From Alphaproteobacteria bacterium (lineage in GTDB: Bacteria; Pseudomonadota; Alphaproteobacteria; Bin65), in NCBI GenBank assembly GCA_965202925.1, contig CBDBCG010000006.1, positions 120,002 to 184,001 of the forward strand: a DNA stretch of 64,000 nucleotides, given 5' to 3'. This document shows, piece after piece, positions 19,371 through 27,745 of this stretch. Within the stretch, counting starts at the first letter, position 1; each line of letters starts with the position of its first letter. The notes below the pieces were generated by a model. It saw only the letters and a program-made list of their open reading frames with translations, had not been told where the DNA came from and ran no database searches. The translations under genes and the position numbers were made by a program.

Positions 19371-20284
19371 CAGCCCTCCGGTAGCGCCGTGCCCGCACCG
19401 TCGGCCTGCGCGATCAGCCACCGCCGGAAATCGTCGACATGCGGCGCCGCCTGTTTGTCCGTCACCACGAAATAGTCGCCCTCGTCGCTCTCGACATGGG
19501 GCTGGAGAGGGGCGACCAGCGCTCCGGCCTCCAGCGCATCGATCACGAACGGCAAGTGCGCGATCGTGATGCCGAGGCCGGCGATCGCCGCTTCGATGGC
19601 GTGGTTGGAGCTGGATACCGTCATCCTGTGGCGGGGCAGGATGTCGGCGGAGCCGGCTTCCTGGTACCATCTGGGCCAATCGAGGTGGCGGGGTTCCGCC
19701 TCGACGCGGATCAGGGTGTGATTGCTCAGGTCCGCAGGCGCATCGATCGGCCGCCGCGCGACCAGTTCCGGACTTGCGACGGGAAAGAAACGATTGGCCA
19801 TAAGCCGGTCGGCCCGGACGCCGCCGGCGTGCGGCCGGCCGCACCGGATGACGACATCGACATCGGTCCGATCGAGCTCTTCGGCCGACGCCGCGGAAAT
19901 GAGCCGGACGCCGATGTCCGGAAACCGTTCGTGAAAGTGAACCAGCCGGCGAATAAGCCAGCGCTGTGCGAAAGCGGCCAGCAGACACACGCTGATGCTT
20001 CGCTCGCGTCCGTCGAAACGGCGGGCAATTTCGATTCCGGCCCAGAGTTCGGCAAAGGCACGGGTCAGCCGGGCGGCGAGCACTTCGCCTTCGCGGGTCA
20101 ATTCTATGCCTCGGGATCGCCGTATGGTCAGGGAGCAGCCCAGATTGTCTTCCAGATGGCGAAGCTGCTGACTGACGGCCGGCTGGCTGACGCACAGTTC
20201 TTCCGCTGCGCTGCTGATGCTCTTGTGGCGGGCGACGGCCTCGAACGCGCGGATGGATGTCAGCGACGGGCGGTGGTCGACCAT
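19292..20284 (-). CDS. LysR-family transcriptional regulator (GcvA-like)
   Basis: HTH region LTSIRAFEAVARHKSISSAAEELCVSQPAVSQQLRHLEDNLGCSL. It is transcribed divergently from the TRAP operon. Its start codon lies 8 nt from operator copy 2. Confidence 0.85.
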   Translation of the reverse strand: MVDHRPSLTSIRAFEAVARHKSISSAAEELCVSQPAVSQQLRHLEDNLGCSLTIRRSRGIELTREGEVLAARLTRAFAELWAGIEIARRFDGRERSISVCLLAAFAQRWLIRRLVHFHERFPDIGVRLISAASAEELDRTDVDVVIRCGRPHAGGVRADRLMANRFFPVASPELVARRPIDAPADLSNHTLIRVEAEPRHLDWPRWYQEAGSADILPRHRMTVSSSNHAIEAAIAGLGITIAHLPFVIDALEAGALVAPLQPHVESDEGDYFVVTDKQAAPHVDDFRRWLIAQADGAGTALPEGCHTSAGASPTTAPADSSLAISSAENP

Positions 20285-20291
20285 TCCCGAA

Positions 20292-20379
20292 ACATAAGAT
20301 GATCTTATAATTGCGGCAATTCAAATTGCTTGTGAGGCCCTATTTTTGTGAATATTCTCGGAAAGAGACATAAGAATTG
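20292..20379 (+). promoter_or_regulatory. Operator/promoter cassette copy 2
   Basis: Box A is ACATAAGatgatCTTATA (20292-20309). Box B is AATTCAAATTGCTTGT (20318-20333). Box C is GAGACATAAGAATTG (20365-20379). Confidence 0.6.
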
Positions 20380-20429
20380 TTCGTAAAGCCAGTGGCACAT
20401 GTTGGCCGAGGCCGAGCATTGGAGGACGC

Positions 20430-20696
20430 ATGACCGCGCCCGATCTCGCTTATGTCGCACTCGTCGCCGACAAGCCGGCGGCACGCGCCGCGATCTTCGG
20501 GAAGGGATCCGGCCTGCCGCGTCGGGCCTTTGCCTGCGGCGATTCCAAAATCCAGATGCTCTTTGGCGGGCGCCCGGCACCCGGGCTGTTTCGCCCGGCC
20601 GACCCCTGCCATGGGCGGGACGCCGGGAATGGCGTCCGTCATGCCGCCGGCGCGGCCGCCGGTCCGGACCATAATATCAGAGGAGGAAAATCATGA
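20430..20696 (+). pseudogene. Truncated VOC-fold fragment (duplicated 5' part of the gene at 23959); may still be translated as an 88-aa leader
   Basis: MTAPDLAYVALVADKPAARAAIFGKGSGLPRR...LFRPADPCHGRDAGNGVRHAA parallels MTAPDLAYVALVVDEPAASAAIFERDFGLPRR...LFRPGDPFLGPDAGKGVHHIA of the 308-aa gene. The upstream SD ggagga is also duplicated. The stop overlaps the dctP ATG (ATGA at 20693-20696). Confidence 0.5.
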
Positions 20697-21685
20697 AGGC
20701 ACATACGCTGGGTATCTTCGCGGTCGCTGCGGCATTGGTCTGGGGTTTTCAGGCCAACGCGAAGAACCTCAACATCTCGCACCAGTTCAAGGCGCACAAG
20801 GACGGCCGCGACGTGGCCACACGGTGGTTCGCCAAGGAAGTCTCGAAGCGCGACCCGAGCCTCAAGTTCCGCGTCTATCCGGGCAAGTCGCTGGTCAAGA
20901 ATCCGAGAAGCCAGATCGTCGAGATGCAGAAGGGTTCGCTGGAAATGTCGGTCTACCCGCTGGTCTACGCTGCGGGGAAAATTCCCGAATTCGGCGTGAC
21001 CCTCATGCCGGCGGCGGTGGCGGGCCTGGACCACGCGTGGCGGCTGAAGAACACCCGTTTTCATGAAATCCTGCAGGAAGTCGCCCACGCAAACGGCGTC
21101 CATGTCCTGACATGGTGGTGGATGCCGGGCGGCTTCGCAACCAAGGACAGGGCGATCGGCTCCCCGGGCGACGTGAAAGACCTGAAGATGCGCGGCGCCG
21201 GTTCGTATTTCGAGCTGCTGCTCAAGGCAGCCGGCGCTTCGGTCCAGTCAATGCCGTCCAGCGAGGTCTATTCGGCTCTCCAGACCGGTGTTCTGGACGG
21301 CCTGCTGACGACCTGCGAATCGCTCCTCAGCTTCCGTCTCTACGAACAGACGAAGCATGTTACCGCGCCGGGCGATTTCGCCCTTTTCATCACCATTGTG
21401 CCGCTGGTCATTTCCAAGCAGCACTGGGATGGATTGACCGACGCTCAACGGAAAATCTTCACCGAGGTTGCGGAGGCCAGCAACAAGTTCTTCCACGAAT
21501 CGCAGAACAAGGCCTGCGATCGGATGATCGCCAGGTTCAAGAAGGCGGGAAGCAAGGTCCATATTCTGTCGCAGTCCGAATTCGACGCCTGGGCGCAACT
21601 CGGGAAGAAGACCTCCTGGGTGGCGTTCGCCAAGAAAGCGAAACGCGGTCAGGAACTGATCGATTCCATTCTCGCCGTCAAATAA
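20693..21685 (+). CDS. TRAP transporter substrate-binding protein (DctP family)
   Basis: Signal peptide MKAHTLGIFAVAAALVWGFQANA. Strong SD agaggagga. It is followed by Q and M genes. Confidence 0.85.
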   Translation: MKAHTLGIFAVAAALVWGFQANAKNLNISHQFKAHKDGRDVATRWFAKEVSKRDPSLKFRVYPGKSLVKNPRSQIVEMQKGSLEMSVYPLVYAAGKIPEFGVTLMPAAVAGLDHAWRLKNTRFHEILQEVAHANGVHVLTWWWMPGGFATKDRAIGSPGDVKDLKMRGAGSYFELLLKAAGASVQSMPSSEVYSALQTGVLDGLLTTCESLLSFRLYEQTKHVTAPGDFALFITIVPLVISKQHWDGLTDAQRKIFTEVAEASNKFFHESQNKACDRMIARFKKAGSKVHILSQSEFDAWAQLGKKTSWVAFAKKAKRGQELIDSILAVK

Positions 21686-21700
21686 CCTGATTGAGGTGCA

Positions 21701-21734
21701 GGCGCCGCCGGCAAGAGATTTCGCCGGCGGCGCC
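21701..21734 (+). other. Intercistronic GC hairpin between dctP and dctQ
   Basis: ggcgccgccggc / aagagatttc / gccggcggcgcc forms a perfect 12-bp all-GC stem. There is no T-tract after it. Confidence 0.5.
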
Positions 21735-21817
21735 CTTCGCGCCGACGATTGCCTTATCTCCTTTGCGGGACCGGGTCGGGCGATCCCTCCTGAATTCCCG
21801 ATAACAGAATAAATTTC

Positions 21818-22315
21818 GTGGACCGGCTCGCCAAAATCGTCAATCGGCTCTCCGAAATCGTCGGTATTGCTGCGGGCGTCATGCTGGTCCTTGCCGTGCT
21901 CGTGCTCAACTACATGATCGTCAGGCGGACATTCGGGTTGTCGGCCTACTGGGAAATCGAGTTCAGCGTCTATCTCCTTGTCGCGGCAACGTTCCTCGGT
22001 TCGCCGTTCACATTGAAACACGCCGGGCATATCGGCATCGATTTTCTGCCGACGGTCCTGCGCGGGCGCTGGTCCAAAATCCTTCGTTCCGCCGCTGCGT
22101 TGCTGGGGCTGGTCGTCTGCATATTCCTCGCCTGGCAGGGCGCCGACTTTGCCTTCGAGGCCTACACGATCGGCGAAGCGGCGGAAACGATCTGGGCGCC
22201 GCTGCTGTGGCCGATCAAAGCGACCATGGCCCTCGGCCTCTTCCTGACGGCCATGCAATACATCGTGTTGATTTGGGAAGGCGGGCCGATCGTGTCTGCG
22301 GAGGCCGGTCATTGA
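21818..22315 (+). CDS. TRAP transporter small permease (DctQ family)
   Basis: 165 aa and hydrophobic, positioned between the P and M genes. Uses a GTG start. Confidence 0.8.
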   Translation: MDRLAKIVNRLSEIVGIAAGVMLVLAVLVLNYMIVRRTFGLSAYWEIEFSVYLLVAATFLGSPFTLKHAGHIGIDFLPTVLRGRWSKILRSAAALLGLVVCIFLAWQGADFAFEAYTIGEAAETIWAPLLWPIKATMALGLFLTAMQYIVLIWEGGPIVSAEAGH

Positions 22316-22364
22316 CGGTTAGAAGCCGCGAACCGGACGTTTCCGGCCGCCGGGCCCAGGCCCG

Positions 22365-23681
22365 ATGAGCGAACTCGAGATCGGTTTCTGGGTCCTGGTC
22401 GTCACCACGGTGGTGCTCCTGACGGGCGTACCCATCGCCTTCGGCCTGACCGCGGTGGCCGTCCTGTTTCTCCTGATCTTCGAAGGGGCGTCCGGGCTCG
22501 GCACGGTCGCCGTTCATTTCTTCGACGAGATCAATCACTTCGCGCTCCTGACGATTCCGATGTTCATCCTCTTCGGGGCGGTGATCGGATCGTCGGGGGC
22601 AAGCCGGGACATCTACGAAGCGCTCCACCGCTGGCTGGCCAGAATACCGGGTGGAATGGTCGTCGCCAGCATTCTGGCCTGCGGGATATTTTCGGCCCTG
22701 TGCGGATCCAGTCCGGCGACGGCGGCGGCCATCGGCAAGGTCGGCATCCCCGAGATGCGGCGGCGCGGCGTGTCGGAGGGGCTGGCCTCCGGCGCGATCG
22801 CTGCCGGCGGCACACTCGGCATCCTGATTCCGCCCTCGATCATCCTGATCGTTTACGGCATCGCCACCGAGCAATCGATCGGGCGCCTGTTTCTGGCGGG
22901 CGTGGTTCCCGGCGCAATGATTGTCGCGATATTCGCGGTTTACGCGGTTCTGTCCGCGAGTCGTCAGCGCCGCCAGGACAGCGTGGAGCCCGAGACCTAC
23001 ACCCTGGCGGAAAAGATCGTCATCCTGCCCCGGGTGCTGCCGTTTCTGGGCCTGATCCTGTTCGTCCTGTACGCGCTCTACGGCGGCATCGCGACACCAT
23101 CGGAAATCGCCGCCATCGTCGCCTTGCTTTCGGCCCTTCTGGTCATCGTCATGTACCGGCAGTTTTCCTTCCAGGCGTGGCGCAACACCGTTGCCGCGGC
23201 GACCCGGGAATCCTGCATGATCCTGCTGATCGTCGGCGCCGCCGGGTTTTTCTCCTACACGATGTCGAAGCTGTATGTGACGCAGAGCCTGGCCGAATGG
23301 ATCATCGGCACCGGGCTGGCGCCCTGGCTTTTCCTGGTAGTGGTGAACGGTTTCCTGCTGCTGCTGGGCTGTTTCCTGCCGCCGGTCGCGATCATCCTTA
23401 TGGTCATGCCAATCCTGCAGCCGATCCTGGAGGCGCAGGATTTCAACATGATCTGGTTTGCCGTGATCATGACGATCAACATGGAAATCGGCCTGATCAC
23501 ACCCCCGGTCGGCATGAATCTGTATGTGATTCGCGGCGTCGCACCGGAAATCTCCCTTATGACGATTCTTCGCGGAACCGCACCGTTTGTTCTTCTGATG
23601 ATCGGATCGATCGTCCTTCTGGCAATATTCCCCGGGATCGCCCTGTGGCTGCCCGACCTGTTGATGGGTCCGAGTTCTTAG
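22365..23681 (+). CDS. TRAP transporter large permease (DctM family)
   Basis: 438-aa polytopic membrane protein that aligns by eye with the 12857..14161 product (for example GSSPATAAAIGKVGIPEMRRRG versus GSSIATTATMARIALPEMERRG). Confidence 0.9.
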   Translation: MSELEIGFWVLVVTTVVLLTGVPIAFGLTAVAVLFLLIFEGASGLGTVAVHFFDEINHFALLTIPMFILFGAVIGSSGASRDIYEALHRWLARIPGGMVVASILACGIFSALCGSSPATAAAIGKVGIPEMRRRGVSEGLASGAIAAGGTLGILIPPSIILIVYGIATEQSIGRLFLAGVVPGAMIVAIFAVYAVLSASRQRRQDSVEPETYTLAEKIVILPRVLPFLGLILFVLYALYGGIATPSEIAAIVALLSALLVIVMYRQFSFQAWRNTVAAATRESCMILLIVGAAGFFSYTMSKLYVTQSLAEWIIGTGLAPWLFLVVVNGFLLLLGCFLPPVAIILMVMPILQPILEAQDFNMIWFAVIMTINMEIGLITPPVGMNLYVIRGVAPEISLMTILRGTAPFVLLMIGSIVLLAIFPGIALWLPDLLMGPSS

Positions 23682-23821
23682 ACATTCGAGCGCCCGGAAA
23701 ACCCGGCCGGACGGACCAGGTCGGACGCGACCATCCCGGTGCAACGCGATTGCCGACGAGCACATTCCACTGCTGCGCTCGAGGCCGTCGAAGCGACAGT
23801 CAGCGCTCAACGACCCGCACA

Positions 23822-23909
23822 ACATAAGGTGGCCTTATATTTTCAGAAATTCAAATTGCTTGTAACCTGCTGTTTCCAAGGAATATTATTTGAAGAGACA
23901 TAAGAATTG
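23822..23909 (+). promoter_or_regulatory. Operator/promoter cassette copy 3
   Basis: Box A is ACATAAGgtggcCTTATA (23822-23839). Box B is AATTCAAATTGCTTGT (23848-23863). Box C is GAGACATAAGAATTG (23895-23909). Confidence 0.6.
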
Positions 23910-23958
23910 CTCGCAGGATCCGCAGGATATGCTGACCGGGGCGAGCCGTGGAGGACGC

Positions 23959-24885
23959 ATGACCGCCCCCGATCTCGCTTATGTCGCGCTTGTCGTCGAC
24001 GAGCCGGCGGCAAGCGCCGCGATCTTCGAAAGGGATTTCGGCCTGCCGCGCCGGGAGCTCTCTTCGGGCGGCCGGGCGGTGCCCGCGATTTCCGTCGGGG
24101 CCACGGCGATGGCCTTGTTTCGGCCGGGGGATCCGTTCCTGGGGCCGGACGCCGGGAAAGGGGTTCATCATATCGCGGTCGCGGCGCCGGACCCGGAAGC
24201 CGCGGCCGGGAATTCGGGTCTCGCCACGGTCGACGGCGCCTCGGAAGGCCTCGGCGGCCGCACGCAGGTCGAGCTTGCGCCGGACAGCACCTGCGGAGTC
24301 CGGGTCCGGTTCACGGAAGCGCTCGATCCTGCCCCGGCTTCGTCCGCGCTTGTCGAGCGGATCGACCATCTCGGTATCGCCAGCGCCGATAATCGGGCGG
24401 CCAGGGATGTGTTTGTCGATCGGCTCGGCTGCGTCTACGAGAGCCAGCAGATAGACAGCGAGGTGGAGACGATCTCCGAGAACTTCACCTCGGATACCTA
24501 CAATTACATCTACTACACCCGGCCGTCGCAACTCCTCGCGCGCCTGATGGTGACCTTCGTCACCGTCGGCGACACCGAGCTGGAGTTTCTCCAGGACCTG
24601 ACCGCGGATGCGACAGCCGACGAGGCCCGCGCCGACGCGCCCGGAACCACGCGGGGCGACCGCAGTACAATCGCCCGTTACATCGCGGCCCGCGGCGCCG
24701 GTCTGCATCACATCGCTTTCAAGACACCGGACATCGCCGCTTCGCTCGCGATGCTCCGCGCGGCGGGCCACCGGACGATCGACCCGGTCGGCCGGCCCGG
24801 TTCGCGCCGATCCCAGGTCGCGTTCGTGCATCCGGCGGCGATCGGCGGCGTATTGATGCAATTTGTGGAACGCGAGGAGATTTGA
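23959..24885 (+). CDS. Two-module VOC-superfamily protein (glyoxalase / methylmalonyl-CoA-epimerase-like)
   Basis: Within ORF 23890..24885. The ATG at 23959 is preceded by ggagga. The C-terminal module reads IDHLGIASADN...GAGLHHIAFKTPDIAASLAMLRAAG...VAFVHPAAIGGVLMQFVE, which is epimerase-like. Confidence 0.8.
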   Translation: MTAPDLAYVALVVDEPAASAAIFERDFGLPRRELSSGGRAVPAISVGATAMALFRPGDPFLGPDAGKGVHHIAVAAPDPEAAAGNSGLATVDGASEGLGGRTQVELAPDSTCGVRVRFTEALDPAPASSALVERIDHLGIASADNRAARDVFVDRLGCVYESQQIDSEVETISENFTSDTYNYIYYTRPSQLLARLMVTFVTVGDTELEFLQDLTADATADEARADAPGTTRGDRSTIARYIAARGAGLHHIAFKTPDIAASLAMLRAAGHRTIDPVGRPGSRRSQVAFVHPAAIGGVLMQFVEREEI

Positions 24886-25835
24886 CCGTGGCCGGATACA
24901 CGCTCAACTATGTCGCCGTCGTTGCCCGGGACGTGGGGGCGGCCTGCCGGTTTCTCGGCGACTCGGTGGCGCTCGAGCGGACGGACGTGGCTCTCGGAAC
25001 GCGCACGATTCCGTTTTTCGGGGTCGGGCGGGCTGCGGTCGCCGTCTTCGAACTGGACGACCCCTATCTCGAGGAGCCGTGCTTTCCGGGCGTCCACCAC
25101 ATGGCGCTCCGAGCCGACGATCCGGCGGCCACCGCCGCCAGGCACGGCCTCAGCGTCGCGGCGGAAGGGGTCGGCGTCGGCGGCAAGCGTTTCGTTGCCG
25201 TCGAACCCGGGGAAACCGTCGGAATCCGAACGCGGTTCATCGAGCCGCTGGACATCCCGTCGGCCGACGGATCCACCTACAAGATCGACCATCTGGGCAT
25301 CGCCAGCGACGACAACGACGCCGGCGTCCGGGTGTTCATCGACAATCTCGGCTGTCCCCTCGACAGCACCCAGACCGATGTGGAGGTCCGCGTCGTCACG
25401 GAGAGCTTCATCTCCGACAAATACGACCTGGTCTACCATTCGCGCCCGCCGGAGATTCTGGGGGGCCTGCGCGACGTCTTCATCGACATCGGCGACTGCG
25501 CGCTGGAATTCCTGATGGATTACGATTCGTCGCATGTACCCCAGAAGCGGCTCGGCGAAGACAAGGGCAACACCAAGGGCGACCAGAGCGCGATCGCCAA
25601 GTTCGTCGCGCGCCGGGGCCCCGGCCTCGCCCATGTCGCCTTTGCGACCAGGGATATCGATGCCATGCTGCCGAAGCTCGCCGACGACGGCTGGCGCATG
25701 ATCGACCTGGAAGGCCGGCCCGGCGGGCGCGGCTCCCTGATCGGGTTCGTCCACCCCTCCAATTTCGGAGGGGGTCTGCTGATGCATTTCGTCGAGCCTC
25801 AGGCCGACGGCGGTTACGAGAAGAAATATGGCTGA
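24882..25835 (+). CDS. Two-module VOC-superfamily protein, paralog of the preceding gene
   Basis: IDHLGIASDDN...GPGLAHVAFATRDIDAMLPKLADDG...IGFVHPSNFGGGLLMHFVE. The start (TTG 24882 or GTG 24888) overlaps or abuts the upstream stop. Confidence 0.8.
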   Translation: MTVAGYTLNYVAVVARDVGAACRFLGDSVALERTDVALGTRTIPFFGVGRAAVAVFELDDPYLEEPCFPGVHHMALRADDPAATAARHGLSVAAEGVGVGGKRFVAVEPGETVGIRTRFIEPLDIPSADGSTYKIDHLGIASDDNDAGVRVFIDNLGCPLDSTQTDVEVRVVTESFISDKYDLVYHSRPPEILGGLRDVFIDIGDCALEFLMDYDSSHVPQKRLGEDKGNTKGDQSAIAKFVARRGPGLAHVAFATRDIDAMLPKLADDGWRMIDLEGRPGGRGSLIGFVHPSNFGGGLLMHFVEPQADGGYEKKYG

Positions 25836-26610
25836 GGTTGTCAAACAGGAGCGCCGCGGCAGCGCGCTGATTCTCACGATTGACCGGCCGGAGGCCGGCA
25901 ACTCGCTGAGCGCCGATGTCTTCGAATCCTTTATCGAAATTCTCGATGGGGCCGAAGGCGACACCAGCCTCAGGGCGGTCATCATCACGGGTGCGGGGGA
26001 CCGGTTCTTCTGCACCGGTGGCGACGTGAAACGCTACGCCCTGCTGGAGACCCCGGACGAACTGCGCGAAGTCATGAGCCTGGCGCGCAGGGCGTTCAGG
26101 CGCTTCGAATCCTTTCCCGCCCCGATCATCGCGGCGATCAACGGCTATGCCATCGGCGGCGGTTTCGAAATGTTGGTGGCGACCGATCTCCGGGTTGCCG
26201 CGCCGACCGCGAAGATCAGCATGCCCCAGGTGCGCCTCGGCATCATCAGCGGCTGGGAAGGGTATGAGCGCATGGTTCGCGACATCGGCTTCACGCGCGC
26301 CATGCAGGTCGCCACCACCGGCGAACGCTACAGCGCCGAAGAGGCGTTGCGGCTCGGCATCATCAATGCCATCGCGGAGGATGGCGACGTCGTGGGCGCC
26401 GCCATGAAATTCGTCGCCGAGATCGAAAAGGCCGGGCCTCTCGCGCTTGCCGTGGCAAAGGCCGTGATCCACAGATCGGCGAAGGGGCCGCCCGAAGAGG
26501 CCGAGACCCTGGCGATCGAAAGATATGTCGATCTCTGGTTCACCGAAGACCATCGCGAGGCCGAGGCAGCCTTTGCGGAAAAGCGGGCTCCCGTGTTCAA
26601 GGGGAAATAG
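25828..26610 (+). CDS. Enoyl-CoA hydratase/isomerase (crotonase) family protein
   Basis: LILTIDRPEAGNSL...VIITGAGDRFFCTGGDV...AAINGYAIGGGFEMLVATDLRVA. It overlaps the upstream stop by 8 nt. Confidence 0.9.
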   Translation: MAEVVKQERRGSALILTIDRPEAGNSLSADVFESFIEILDGAEGDTSLRAVIITGAGDRFFCTGGDVKRYALLETPDELREVMSLARRAFRRFESFPAPIIAAINGYAIGGGFEMLVATDLRVAAPTAKISMPQVRLGIISGWEGYERMVRDIGFTRAMQVATTGERYSAEEALRLGIINAIAEDGDVVGAAMKFVAEIEKAGPLALAVAKAVIHRSAKGPPEEAETLAIERYVDLWFTEDHREAEAAFAEKRAPVFKGK

Positions 26611-26911
26611 CCGCGCTCCACAATCCGACCGCCGCGCCCGCCGGGCGTCGTTCGGCATGCAAATTCGTTACCGGCAGGTCTGCCACACATCGATTCTGCA
26701 GGATTCGACTCGGTCGACCGGACATGCTGACGATCGCGTCAGGCGGCGGAAGACCGCCTCGACCGGCGCCCGGAAATGAAACGGGTGCCGCGCGTCTGCC
26801 GGAATAGCGGCTACGGTGGCCGGCAGCGGGCAACCGGTGTTACCCTGAGTGCAGCGGTCTTTGGCCGGCCGGCACATTTCCGGATTGTCCGGACAGCAGG
26901 AAGTATCGAGC

Positions 26912-27721
26912 ATGGAATCGTCGACTCGAACATCCGGGGCGTTGCACACCCGCCAGCGTGACGCAGTTCTCTACGCCACGCTCAATCGGCCCGAATCGGG
27001 TAACGCGCTGTCGCTCGAACTGCTCGGTTCGCTGCAGGATCTCTGGCAGCGGATGGAGAGCGATACGTCGGTTCGGGTCGTCGTTCTCGAAGGCGCCGGG
27101 CGCTATTTCTGCACCGGCCATGACCTGAAGGAAATTCTCGACAGCAACGAAGACGGCGGGGAATTCGCCCGCCGCCTTGCCGACGCCTGCAACCGTATGA
27201 TGCTGTCGATCAACCGCCTTCCGCAGCCCGTCATCGCCAAGGTTCACGGGATAGCAACAGCCGCCGGCTGCCAGCTCGTGGCCACCTGCGACCTCGCCAT
27301 CGCTTCCGCAGACGCGCGCTTTGCAACGCCGGGCGTCAACATCGGCACATGGTGTTCGACGCCATCGGTCGCGCTCAGCCGCACCATCGGGCGCAAGCAT
27401 GCCATGCAGATGCTGCTGACCGGCCGGCTCTACGATGCGGACGACGCCTTCCGCATGGGCCTGGTCAACGAGGTGGTGCCCGCCGACAGGCTCGATGCCG
27501 CTGTGGACGAACTGGCGGACGAGATCGCATCCAAATCGCCCTACGCCATTGCGCTGGGCAAGCGCAGCTTCTACCGGCAACTCGAACTGGATATCGACGC
27601 CGCCTACGACTTTGCCGGCGAGGTCGCTGCGCGCAACGCCCATGCGGCCGACGCCAGGGAAGGCGTCTCCGCCTTCCTCGGGAAGCGCGAGGCGGACTGG
27701 CCCGGACGCTACGGACGCTGA
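26912..27721 (+). CDS. Enoyl-CoA hydratase/isomerase (crotonase) family protein
   Basis: Within ORF 26849..27721, starting at the ATG at 26912. Motifs: LYATLNRPESGNAL...VVLEGAGRYFCTGHDL...AKVHGIATAAGCQLVATCDLAIA. Confidence 0.85.
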   Translation: MESSTRTSGALHTRQRDAVLYATLNRPESGNALSLELLGSLQDLWQRMESDTSVRVVVLEGAGRYFCTGHDLKEILDSNEDGGEFARRLADACNRMMLSINRLPQPVIAKVHGIATAAGCQLVATCDLAIASADARFATPGVNIGTWCSTPSVALSRTIGRKHAMQMLLTGRLYDADDAFRMGLVNEVVPADRLDAAVDELADEIASKSPYAIALGKRSFYRQLELDIDAAYDFAGEVAARNAHAADAREGVSAFLGKREADWPGRYGR

Positions 27722-27745
27722 ACCGGCGGGTTCCCGGACGCCGGT

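Noticed and set aside
20386-20400. Sigma-54-like TGGCAC element (gtggcacatgttggc) downstream of operator copy 2
   Set aside because: The spacing and the -12 element do not fit TGGCAC-N5-TTGC. The element is not conserved in copies 1 and 3.
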